Below, piece by piece: positions 15,094-21,848 of a stretch of DNA of 21,848 bases; the stretch's first letter is position 1; each line of letters opens with the position of its first letter. The position numbers and the translations under genes were made by a program. The notes beneath the pieces were generated by a model. That model was not told the DNA's origin and searched no databases. It saw nothing but the letters and a program-made list of their open reading frames with translations. Origin of the DNA: Promethearchaeum sp. (GTDB lineage: Archaea; Asgardarchaeota; Lokiarchaeia; Sigyniarchaeales; Promethearchaeaceae); the NCBI GenBank assembly GCA_030612265.1, contig JAUWOE010000037.1, positions 1 through 21,848 of the forward strand. Reading direction: 5' to 3'.

Positions 15094-16242
15094 TTATCCT
15101 TTTTTATGTGAACGAATTAGCCCCTTATTAAGCGATATTCTTAGTAAAACCGAAGAGAAAATGAAAGAATGAAATATTGGTGCTAGCGGTGTAAAATATG
15201 ATTCAAAATTGACCACTGAAATCTTAGATTCATCTTGAAATTTCTTCATTAATTGTTTATTATTGCTAATTAAAGCCATACTACCTGCACGTTGGCGAAT
15301 TAGCTCCATTAAGCGGGGAAGTGTTTCTTTTTCAGTTTCTCCTTTTTCATAAGCTCCAATCATCACACATTTTATCTGAGTATTAATTTGTTTTCTCTCA
15401 AATATTTGAAAAGGTCCGTGAAAAAAGAGACCTAAAGAAATACCTTCACACATTGCGCCTATAAAGCTGTTGGCATTAAGCGCTAATAATTTAGATGAAG
15501 CTTCACTTATAGGATCTCGAGAAATTACATATACAATTTTAAAATCTTGACCTAAGAAATCAACCAAAACCTGTGTTTGTGTTGGTTCAATTATTCTATA
15601 TTCTTTCAATTTTAATATAAAATTCATAATTTTAGAATGATTCTCATCAGAAATTGGATCTTTTCCAAGTAAAATCTGTGAAATGAAATACAGAACAATA
15701 ATTGTGTGTGGAAAAGATTTTGACGATAAAACTATTTCAGAATCAACATATGTCGGAAGAATAACTCCGCAATAAGGAGAAATGGGTGATTTAACATTAT
15801 TTGTTACTAGCCACATAAGGTTTGGATCTATGTTAAGTATGTGTAATTGCTCAATTGCATTTTTCAATAAACGAGATTTGCCAGACTTGGAAATAAAAAT
15901 ATAAAGAGTGTTTTCATCACATTCTTTTGGAAGAAAATAATCATAGAATTCTGTTACTTCAATACTTTCCCAAGTAAATGGTACTCCTTTTTTGTCATTC
16001 ATTAAAATGTATTTTGGAATTGCTGAAGCGAAGAAATTGAATGTATTTCCAATAAAAACAACATGGGAGAACTGTAATTTTGGTAGAACTTCGTGAATAT
16101 GATGGATGTGAGCCTTTCCTTCTTTGTAAAAATAGTTATCAACGCATTTTTCAAGAGATTCTGGTAAGGATAGAAATTCTTCACGAATGTCCTCGTAAAA
16201 AAAAGGCCAAATTGTTTTTTCCTCTTTATCCTTTTCATTCAC
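15094..16242 (-). CDS. Double-SIS-domain phosphosugar isomerase/deaminase-like protein (GlmS isomerase-domain homologue), paralogue A
   Basis: 382-aa ORF. The start is GTG (16242-16240), overlapping the upstream paralogue's TAG by 1 nt (TAGTG). 'VVFIGNTFNFFAS' and 'FISKSGKSRLL' mark SIS 1. 'VISRDPISEASSKLLALNANSF...GLFFHGPFQIF' marks SIS 2. There is no N-terminal glutaminase domain. Confidence 0.8.
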   Translation of the reverse strand: MNEKDKEEKTIWPFFYEDIREEFLSLPESLEKCVDNYFYKEGKAHIHHIHEVLPKLQFSHVVFIGNTFNFFASAIPKYILMNDKKGVPFTWESIEVTEFYDYFLPKECDENTLYIFISKSGKSRLLKNAIEQLHILNIDPNLMWLVTNNVKSPISPYCGVILPTYVDSEIVLSSKSFPHTIIVLYFISQILLGKDPISDENHSKIMNFILKLKEYRIIEPTQTQVLVDFLGQDFKIVYVISRDPISEASSKLLALNANSFIGAMCEGISLGLFFHGPFQIFERKQINTQIKCVMIGAYEKGETEKETLPRLMELIRQRAGSMALISNNKQLMKKFQDESKISVVNFESYFTPLAPIFHSFIFSSVLLRISLNKGLIRSHKKG

Positions 16243-17321
16243 TATTCAATAATCCCCCTTCTTAAAGCTTGATCTAATAATAGAAATTGAACTACTAATA
16301 TTTCAAATATGGGAGCCAAAAACGAATTAGTTGTTGTATGTTCAAAAACCCACACATTTGAATTAGCACGGCCTAAAGATGATAATTGACGGCTATTATT
16401 TATTAATACGACTTTTCCAGAACCCAGTTTTTTAGTAATCATATCAATTAACCGGACTGTATCTTCAATGCTGGTATTATCGCCAATTATCAGAATACAT
16501 CGAAAAGAATCATCAACTAATTGAAAAGGCCCATGTAAAAATAACCCTATATTAAAACCCTGACCAAAAAGTCGAACATATGATTTAGAGTTTAATGCAC
16601 CTTGATAAGCGGTAGAAAGGCTTGCTCCTTTTGATATGAAATATAAATTGTTATAATCTACCCCTAAAAAATCGTTAATTGATTTTAAATGAAATGCCCA
16701 ATCTGTGCAATAAAATTTAGTTTCAAAAATTAGATTTCTTATCTCTTCTTCTACTTTTGAGGTTATAGGATCCTCTTTCATAAAAACGCGAGCAATATAA
16801 TATAGGACAAGAATTGTAGTAATGTATGATATTGATCCTATTACTTGTTGGGAACCCGACATCATGGGAAAATGAAAATGGCTGTTTTTTGCTAGAAATG
16901 ATTCGGGGTTATTTGATACACCGCATATCTGTTCAGAGGTAATATCTTTTTGGTGTAATTTCTCAATAGATTGTTTAATTTGTATTGATTCTCCAGATTC
17001 TGATATAAAAACAAATAAACAATTGTTACAATACTTTTTAGGGTTAAAATAATTTAAAAAATCTGCCACTTCAAAAATCGCACAGAAAAAATTGCTTGGA
17101 TTTAGTTTTTTTGTGATGTAATAATAGGGGATAAGGGAAGCAAAATAATTATAAGTATGTCCAACAAAGATAATTCTTCTAAAACCTTTAGATTCTATGT
17201 GCTGTTGCAATTTTTTAAGATCTTCCCCCCCCTTCGCAAGATAATAGCGAAGACACCTTAGAAGTGCTTTAGGTATTACAAGAAAATCTTCCAGAATGGC
17301 ATCAAATCTGAGTTTGGTCAT
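16242..17321 (-). CDS. Double-SIS-domain phosphosugar isomerase/deaminase-like protein, paralogue B
   Basis: 359-aa ORF with ATG start. 'IIFVGHTYNYFAS', 'FISESGESIQIK' and 'FISKGASLSTAYQGALNSKSY...GLFLHGPFQLVDD' are collinear with paralogue A over its full length. Confidence 0.8.
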   Translation of the reverse strand: MTKLRFDAILEDFLVIPKALLRCLRYYLAKGGEDLKKLQQHIESKGFRRIIFVGHTYNYFASLIPYYYITKKLNPSNFFCAIFEVADFLNYFNPKKYCNNCLFVFISESGESIQIKQSIEKLHQKDITSEQICGVSNNPESFLAKNSHFHFPMMSGSQQVIGSISYITTILVLYYIARVFMKEDPITSKVEEEIRNLIFETKFYCTDWAFHLKSINDFLGVDYNNLYFISKGASLSTAYQGALNSKSYVRLFGQGFNIGLFLHGPFQLVDDSFRCILIIGDNTSIEDTVRLIDMITKKLGSGKVVLINNSRQLSSLGRANSNVWVFEHTTTNSFLAPIFEILVVQFLLLDQALRRGIIE

Positions 17322-17456
17322 TTTAATTCTATTAATATTTGTTTGTAATCAGCTTGTAATCTAAGTTTGTAATAACTTCATTATATATTTTTTTCAACAG
17401 AGAATAGTTTTAACATAAAAAATAGGTTTGAAAAACTTTGGCGATAATAAAATATT

Positions 17457-18281
17457 ATGTTTAGAAAAAAGAAGGGAAATGAAAAAGATATTAAAGATGA
17501 AAAAGATAGCAAAAAGGAAAAAAAATCAACAATCTATCGAATATTTTCAATTGTTTCCTATGTAATTTTTCTTGGAATTGGATTAGTTGTCGGTTATTTC
17601 ATAAAAATTCCAATTGAAATATCTTACTCTATTTTATTTATTTTTGGGATTTTGGCTGTGGCATTAAATTTAGATGAAAAGAAAATGCATTGGCTAAAAC
17701 AGATACCATTACTAAGGCATCACTTTTCTCTAATGCATAGAATTAATCAAAAAATAGGTGAATCTGCAAAAGCAGGAACTCTCAAAGAAGCTTTTAAATT
17801 TTTAATTGGGATGATCCTGTTAATCCTATACCTCTTTTTAATCAACGTTTTCATAATATTTATTCGATTGATCTTGTCCATAGGAATTCCAGAAATAGAT
17901 CCATTCAGATTTATTGAAGCGTTTGTGACTTTGATTGGAGCTGGAGTAACGGCTTATATTGTATGGCTTATGGCTTTTTATAGAGAAATGAAAAGATTAA
18001 AGGGGTTAGCATCTTCAAAAAAAATTATAAATAAGATGAAATCAGGATTCGGATTCGTAAATTTTCTCTTGAAGATTATTCCATTATCTTTAGCTTATTT
18101 AGTATGGATAACCGGAGAAATTTTATTCATGTTTGGGAGTGACTTAGTTGAAATTGCTCTAATTGTGTATGTTTTAGGAGGTGCATTTTATGGGGTAATA
18201 ATTATATGCATAATTTGCATTATATTACTTACTAAGGCATCCAAATTAACAGAAAAATCATCCGTGAATAATATATCTTAG
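17457..18281 (+). CDS. Hypothetical polytopic membrane protein (about 6 TM) with a lysine-rich N-terminus
   Basis: 274-aa ORF with ATG start. 'MFRKKKGNEKDIKDEKDSKKEKK' is followed by multiple long hydrophobic segments. I recognise no motif. Confidence 0.5.
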   Translation: MFRKKKGNEKDIKDEKDSKKEKKSTIYRIFSIVSYVIFLGIGLVVGYFIKIPIEISYSILFIFGILAVALNLDEKKMHWLKQIPLLRHHFSLMHRINQKIGESAKAGTLKEAFKFLIGMILLILYLFLINVFIIFIRLILSIGIPEIDPFRFIEAFVTLIGAGVTAYIVWLMAFYREMKRLKGLASSKKIINKMKSGFGFVNFLLKIIPLSLAYLVWITGEILFMFGSDLVEIALIVYVLGGAFYGVIIICIICIILLTKASKLTEKSSVNNIS

Positions 18282-18591
18282 GAAAAGCATTCTAACTGAT
18301 TAATTAATCCATTAATAATCCATTAGATAACAATTTATTTTATAAAGGACAACCCCGAAATTTAATTAATTAGAAAAATTTAAAAGAGATTTCTTTAATT
18401 AAAAAACTTTTTTCATAAATTTTAAATAAGATCTATTAAAGCCCATTGAATTTATAAAATATATTAATACCTAAGTCCTAGAGAATTAACTTTCCCATTA
18501 ACAATGCAATTTAAATATGATCTCGATAAAAATCAATAAGTGTGTGATTCACTTAAATTGGAGGATATTAAGTGGATAATTGTGGGTGTGA
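18282..18591. other. AT-rich intergenic region upstream of orc1/cdc6: candidate replication origin and/or cdc6 promoter
   Basis: 310-bp non-coding AT-rich spacer directly 5' of orc1/cdc6. It holds direct repeat TAATCCATTA x2 (18305-18314, 18316-25) and further CCCATT(A/G) copies at 18442 and 18494. TAAGTG-N7-CACTTA is at 18537-18555, with a third TAAGTG at 18569-18574 followed by GATAATTGTGGGTGTG. GGAGG-ATATTAAG (18561-18572) could be the cdc6 BRE/TATA. Confidence 0.3.
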
Positions 18592-19887
18592 ATGTTAATG
18601 TTTGATATAGATAATTATTTTGAAAATTTTGTAAAAACAAATAAAATTTTCGAAGAACGAAATATATTACGCCCAGAATTTGTGCCTAAAATTCTTCCTC
18701 ATAGAGACAATCAAATTAGGAAGATCGCAGAAATAGTTGCGTGCACTCTAAAAAACTCAAAACCTTCAAATATTTTTATTTTTGGAAAAACTGGTACAGG
18801 AAAAACCGCAGTTGTAAATTATGTAAAGGGGCATCTAAATATTCAATGTAGAAATTCAGAATTACCTGAACCAAAATGGATATCGCTAAATTGTCAACAA
18901 GTAAACTCTTCATATAGAGTTCTAGCTCGAATATGTAATGAATTAGATCCTTACAACCCTGTACCGATAGCAGGGTGGCCTATAGATGTTGTTTTTGACA
19001 AACTGATTGAAAAATTAGATACTTATGTTCACGGAATTTGCTTTATAATATTAGATGAAATTGATATTCTAGTCAAAAAAATGAAAAAATCGCATGATAT
19101 TTTGTATAATTTAGCTAGAATTAATTCACGGCTTAAACAAGCAAAAGTTAATATAATTGGAATCTCTAATGTTTTAAATTTTAAAAATTCGTTAGATCCT
19201 AGAGTTTTAAGTAGTTTGGGGGAAGAGGAAATTGTTTTTCCCGCTTATAATGCCCAAGAATTAAAAGAAATATTGGATCAAAGAGCGAATTTTGCATTCC
19301 AAAGAGGTGCTTTAGCACATGATATCATCCCATTGTGTGCTGCATTAGCTGCAAAAGAACATGGAGATGCCAGAAAAGCTTTGGATCTACTTAGAAAGGC
19401 AGGAGAACTTGCTGAAAGACGGCAATCCCCGAGTATAACTTCAGATTTTGTTTATTTTGCCCAAAATGATATAGAAAAGGATAAAATGAAAGAATATTGT
19501 GAGAGTCTTCCCCTTCAAAGTAAAGCTATTTTATTAAGTATATATGCAATGCAAAAAAATCGAGCAGGGAATGCAATCATCACTGGAGATGTTTATAGTT
19601 GTTATTTAGAACTGCAAAAACAAATTCCGGGGTTAAACAAATTATCGCAACGCCGTGTCTCGGAAATTATCCGAGAGTTAGATTTATCAGGGATAGTCAA
19701 TGCTCAAATTAAATCCAATGGAAGATATGGTAGAACAAAATTCATAAATTTAAACATTCCACTTGAGGATTTGAATAAGTATTTATTAAATGAAAATCGT
19801 CTAAATGATCTATTTGATTACCGGCCAAAATGTATCGGATCTAACATCACTTGTTTTAAAGGGCAAAAATACGTAAAATTAGGTTAG
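18592..19887 (+). CDS. cdc6: Orc1/Cdc6 replication initiator (AAA+ ATPase with C-terminal winged helix)
   Basis: 431-aa ORF with ATG start and an in-frame TGA immediately upstream. It has Walker A 'GKTGTGKTAV', Walker B 'FIILDEIDIL', 'IIGISN', sensor region 'GDARKALDLLRKAGELA' and a C-terminal wHTH 'LSQRRVSEIIRELDLSGIV'. Confidence 0.92.
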   Translation: MLMFDIDNYFENFVKTNKIFEERNILRPEFVPKILPHRDNQIRKIAEIVACTLKNSKPSNIFIFGKTGTGKTAVVNYVKGHLNIQCRNSELPEPKWISLNCQQVNSSYRVLARICNELDPYNPVPIAGWPIDVVFDKLIEKLDTYVHGICFIILDEIDILVKKMKKSHDILYNLARINSRLKQAKVNIIGISNVLNFKNSLDPRVLSSLGEEEIVFPAYNAQELKEILDQRANFAFQRGALAHDIIPLCAALAAKEHGDARKALDLLRKAGELAERRQSPSITSDFVYFAQNDIEKDKMKEYCESLPLQSKAILLSIYAMQKNRAGNAIITGDVYSCYLELQKQIPGLNKLSQRRVSEIIRELDLSGIVNAQIKSNGRYGRTKFINLNIPLEDLNKYLLNENRLNDLFDYRPKCIGSNITCFKGQKYVKLG

Positions 19888-20567
19888 GAAAATACCCATT
19901 TCTCTCGATTCTCAACGAGATCTTCTAGAAATTTAAGTGTTTTTATTTCATCTGTATTATTTAATTTCATCAATAGGCGGCCCAAATGAACACAAAATTT
20001 TTTTTGATTTTTACGAAGGTTAATGTATTCTGGACAATCATGAGTGAGCTTACGAGCTTGGGATAGTATTTCAAAATTATAGATAATTTTCTGCCCATTT
20101 TCATCTTTATCCTCTATTTTACCCTTAATTTCTCCTGAAAAATCCAATTTTTCCATAATTAAAGCCTTACTTCTGATGATACTAGCCTTTTTTTTGGTTG
20201 AAGGTTCGATTAAATTATCCTCAAAGATCTCATATTTTGATTTCTCGTTAATTACGATCGGATTTCTCCAAGATTTACTTAAAACATGATGGATTTTCTT
20301 AATTTTTTCTTCTCCTTTATCTTGCCATTTCTCAAACTCAACTTTAAGTGAATTGCTCAAAGAAACTTCTTCTAATTTAGAATCTTCAACTAAAAATTTT
20401 AAATCCAAAGCCTCTTGGATTATTTTTTTTACTTCTTCCAAAGGTGCTAAAAATAACTCGAATGTTAAAAAATTATATAGTTCATCGATATTAATAGTCG
20501 GACTATCAATTATCTTCCAAATATATAGAATTCGTTGGCGTTCATCAGATGGGACACTGAAATTCAT
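19884..20567 (-). CDS. Hypothetical protein with a C-terminal SWIM-like zinc-finger motif
   Basis: 227-aa ORF with ATG start. 'THDCPEYINLRKNQKKFCVHLGRLL' fits the SWIM pattern CxCP(D/E)(F/Y)-xn-C(K/x)H with His replacing the first Cys. It lies 21 nt downstream of the DP1 stop on the same strand. Its stop overlaps the cdc6 stop convergently (19884-19887). Confidence 0.55.
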   Translation of the reverse strand: MNFSVPSDERQRILYIWKIIDSPTINIDELYNFLTFELFLAPLEEVKKIIQEALDLKFLVEDSKLEEVSLSNSLKVEFEKWQDKGEEKIKKIHHVLSKSWRNPIVINEKSKYEIFEDNLIEPSTKKKASIIRSKALIMEKLDFSGEIKGKIEDKDENGQKIIYNFEILSQARKLTHDCPEYINLRKNQKKFCVHLGRLLMKLNNTDEIKTLKFLEDLVENREKWVFS

Positions 20568-20570
20568 TTT

Positions 20571-20600
20571 AAATCACTTATAAATCACTTATAAATCACT
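20571..20600. repeat. 11-bp tandem repeat AAATCACTTAT x ~2.7 spanning the DP1 stop and the DP1/ORF227 spacer
   Basis: The + strand reads AAATCACTTAT AAATCACTTAT AAATCACT. On the minus strand this is AGTGATTTATA AGTGATTTATA AGTGATTT-AAA-ATG. The first copy encodes the DP1 C-terminal S-D-L plus stop. The last copy puts a GTGAT (Shine-Dalgarno-like) about 6 nt before the ORF227 ATG. Confidence 0.85.
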
Positions 20601-21848
20601 AATTAAATTAATAACATGAGGAACTAATTTATCCTTAATATTAATGATCGTTGGTTTGCCATAGTCTGGAACGATACCCAAACTTTTCATAAATTCAGTT
20701 TGCGCTTGAAAACATCCAGAATTAACAAGTAATATGCCGTTGTACATGCCATAGCCATTTTTATGTAAATGCCCTGTATGTAAAATATCAGGAATTTCAT
20801 CAAGTACTAACCAATCTTTACTTACCGGTGCAAGTTCGGTTTTTTTTCCATAACTGGGAGCTAAATGTCGAGCACGAATCATCTCTTTCATTGAACTAAA
20901 AGGATCATCATTGGTTAGCCCTGGAATCATCATATTTATATCGATTAAGGAAGTTCCATGATATAATTTGGTTTTAATCCCATGTAAACTTACTAAACTT
21001 GGGCACCCAACCATCTCTATATCTAAATCATATAAACCTTTTGCTAAAGATCTAGGAATAGCTGGAGCTGGTACAGCTTTTCGCACACCATCATGATCTC
21101 CAGGGGAAATGATAATTTTTATATAATCGGGTATTTCTGAAAGGAATTTTGCTGAAGCTTCATATTGTTTATAGATATCGGTAATTAGTAGTCTTTTATC
21201 TTGATTAGGGAATACACCAATACCATCAACAATATCTCCAGTTATACATAAATACTTTATTTTTCCCGCTTGTTTAATTTGTTTATCATTACCTATTCTA
21301 CAATTGAGGTAATCAACAAACCTATACCATACTTTTTCAAGCCAATCCTTACTTCCAAAATGTGTGTCTGAAATTAAACACATTGCCAAATCTTCATCAG
21401 GAAAATTTATTTGATGCTCTTTCGGAGTGTCTGGAAAGATAATATCATTGATTAACACAATTTTTGAATTTGTGTTTTGATTTACATTTAAATATCCATC
21501 TACTATAACTACATGATCTGGGAGCAATTTTGGAATTAAATCATAACATTGTTTAGATTCTTGCCTTACAAGTGTCATGCAAGTCCCTGTAAGATCTTCA
21601 AATTCTATCAAATACTTTTTTTTAAAAGTTTGTTTCTTTTTCACAACCATACCAATGAATTTTACATTTACAGAGTTGTTTAATCTATTAATCATGTTAA
21701 TTTCAAGTAATCCTGTCGCTTCAGGTCTTTTTTTTAGAATTTTACTCAATTGGCTGAATTTATCTTTTTGAACGGTTAGAAATTCTTCAATTTTACCCTC
21801 AGTAAATAAAATTTTTGTTGGATCCTTCAAGATTTTAACTTCAGCGAT
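20589..21848 (-). CDS. DNA polymerase D (PolD) small subunit DP1, 5'-partial at window edge
   Basis: An OB-like 'VKFIGMVV...FEDLTG' is followed by Mre11-type phosphoesterase motifs 'CLISDTHFGS', 'ITGDIVDGIGVFPNQ', 'SPGDHDG', 'LYHGTS' and 'HTGHLHKNG', plus the DP1-typical 'RARHLAPSYG'. The frame stays open to 21848 (..IAEVKILKDPTKI). The track's 'M' at 21830 is a TTG codon, so the real start probably lies outside the window. Confidence 0.88.
   Translation of the reverse strand: MAEVKILKDPTKILFTEGKIEEFLTVQKDKFSQLSKILKKRPEATGLLEINMINRLNNSVNVKFIGMVVKKKQTFKKKYLIEFEDLTGTCMTLVRQESKQCYDLIPKLLPDHVVIVDGYLNVNQNTNSKIVLINDIIFPDTPKEHQINFPDEDLAMCLISDTHFGSKDWLEKVWYRFVDYLNCRIGNDKQIKQAGKIKYLCITGDIVDGIGVFPNQDKRLLITDIYKQYEASAKFLSEIPDYIKIIISPGDHDGVRKAVPAPAIPRSLAKGLYDLDIEMVGCPSLVSLHGIKTKLYHGTSLIDINMMIPGLTNDDPFSSMKEMIRARHLAPSYGKKTELAPVSKDWLVLDEIPDILHTGHLHKNGYGMYNGILLVNSGCFQAQTEFMKSLGIVPDYGKPTIINIKDKLVPHVINLISDL

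Noticed and set aside
18300-18402. Three TTAATTAA palindromes in the cdc6 upstream region, considered as specific binding sites.
   Set aside because: A pure A/T octamer is expected to recur by chance in a spacer this AT-rich, and the copies show no consistent spacing.
18560-18566. GGAGGAT as a Shine-Dalgarno site implying an earlier cdc6 start.
   Set aside because: It lies 26 nt upstream of ATG 18592, and an in-frame TGA (18589-18591) blocks any upstream extension. GGAGG plus ATATTAAG fits a BRE/TATA pair for a leaderless cdc6 mRNA better.
12762-20600. Short tandem repeats (10 bp x2 at 12762, 10 bp x2 at 18305, 11 bp x~3 at 20571), considered as a CRISPR array or minisatellite.
   Set aside because: The repeat units are far shorter than CRISPR repeats and have no unique spacers. 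No cas genes are present in the window.
2892-21771. Short ORFs antisense to or nested in the large genes: 2892-3092, 5120-5314, 5622-5813, 5829-6065, 6305-6508, 7907-8170, 10033-10242, 10886-11086, 11345-11542, 12797-13030, 14025-14243, 16002-16238, 16080-16265, 20353-20583 and 21577-21771.
   Set aside because: All overlap well-supported CDSs or their starts. They have low-complexity F/I/L/S-rich translations typical of shadow frames in AT-rich DNA, and none has a recognisable motif.

Overview
AT-rich archaeal chromosomal segment with 19 protein-coding genes and 2 tRNAs, densely packed on both strands. All domain calls are motif recognition by eye and comparator sequences are recalled from memory; no searches were run. 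Information-processing genes are clear from motifs: TFB, RtcB RNA ligase, Orc1/Cdc6, and the PolD small subunit DP1, which is 5'-truncated by the right window edge. Other genes are a cold-shock-domain protein, an M18 aminopeptidase, an APC-type permease, two tandem paralogous double-SIS proteins, an N6-adenine DNA methyltransferase with no nuclease, a membrane-anchored alpha/beta hydrolase and several uncharacterised membrane proteins. tRNA-Thr(CGU) is canonical. tRNA-Leu(GAG) carries a ~30-nt insertion in its D-loop, a non-canonical intron position. A Rab-like GTPase, a gelsolin-repeat-like domain and a TFIIB-like ribbon on an archaeal backbone suggest an Asgard (Lokiarchaeia-like) source, but this is inference only. 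I saw no CRISPR array, transposase, integrase, rRNA or canonical defence system. Best follow-up candidates: (1) a GcvH-like domain (lipoyl Lys replaced by Arg) fused to a Rab-like GTPase; (2) a 169-aa protein made of six CxxC-x8-HxC modules; (3) a tightly packed trio of gelsolin-like membrane protein, orphan MTase and membrane hydrolase; (4) a candidate replication origin upstream of orc1/cdc6; (5) a SWIM-like zinc-finger gene apparently co-transcribed with DP1.
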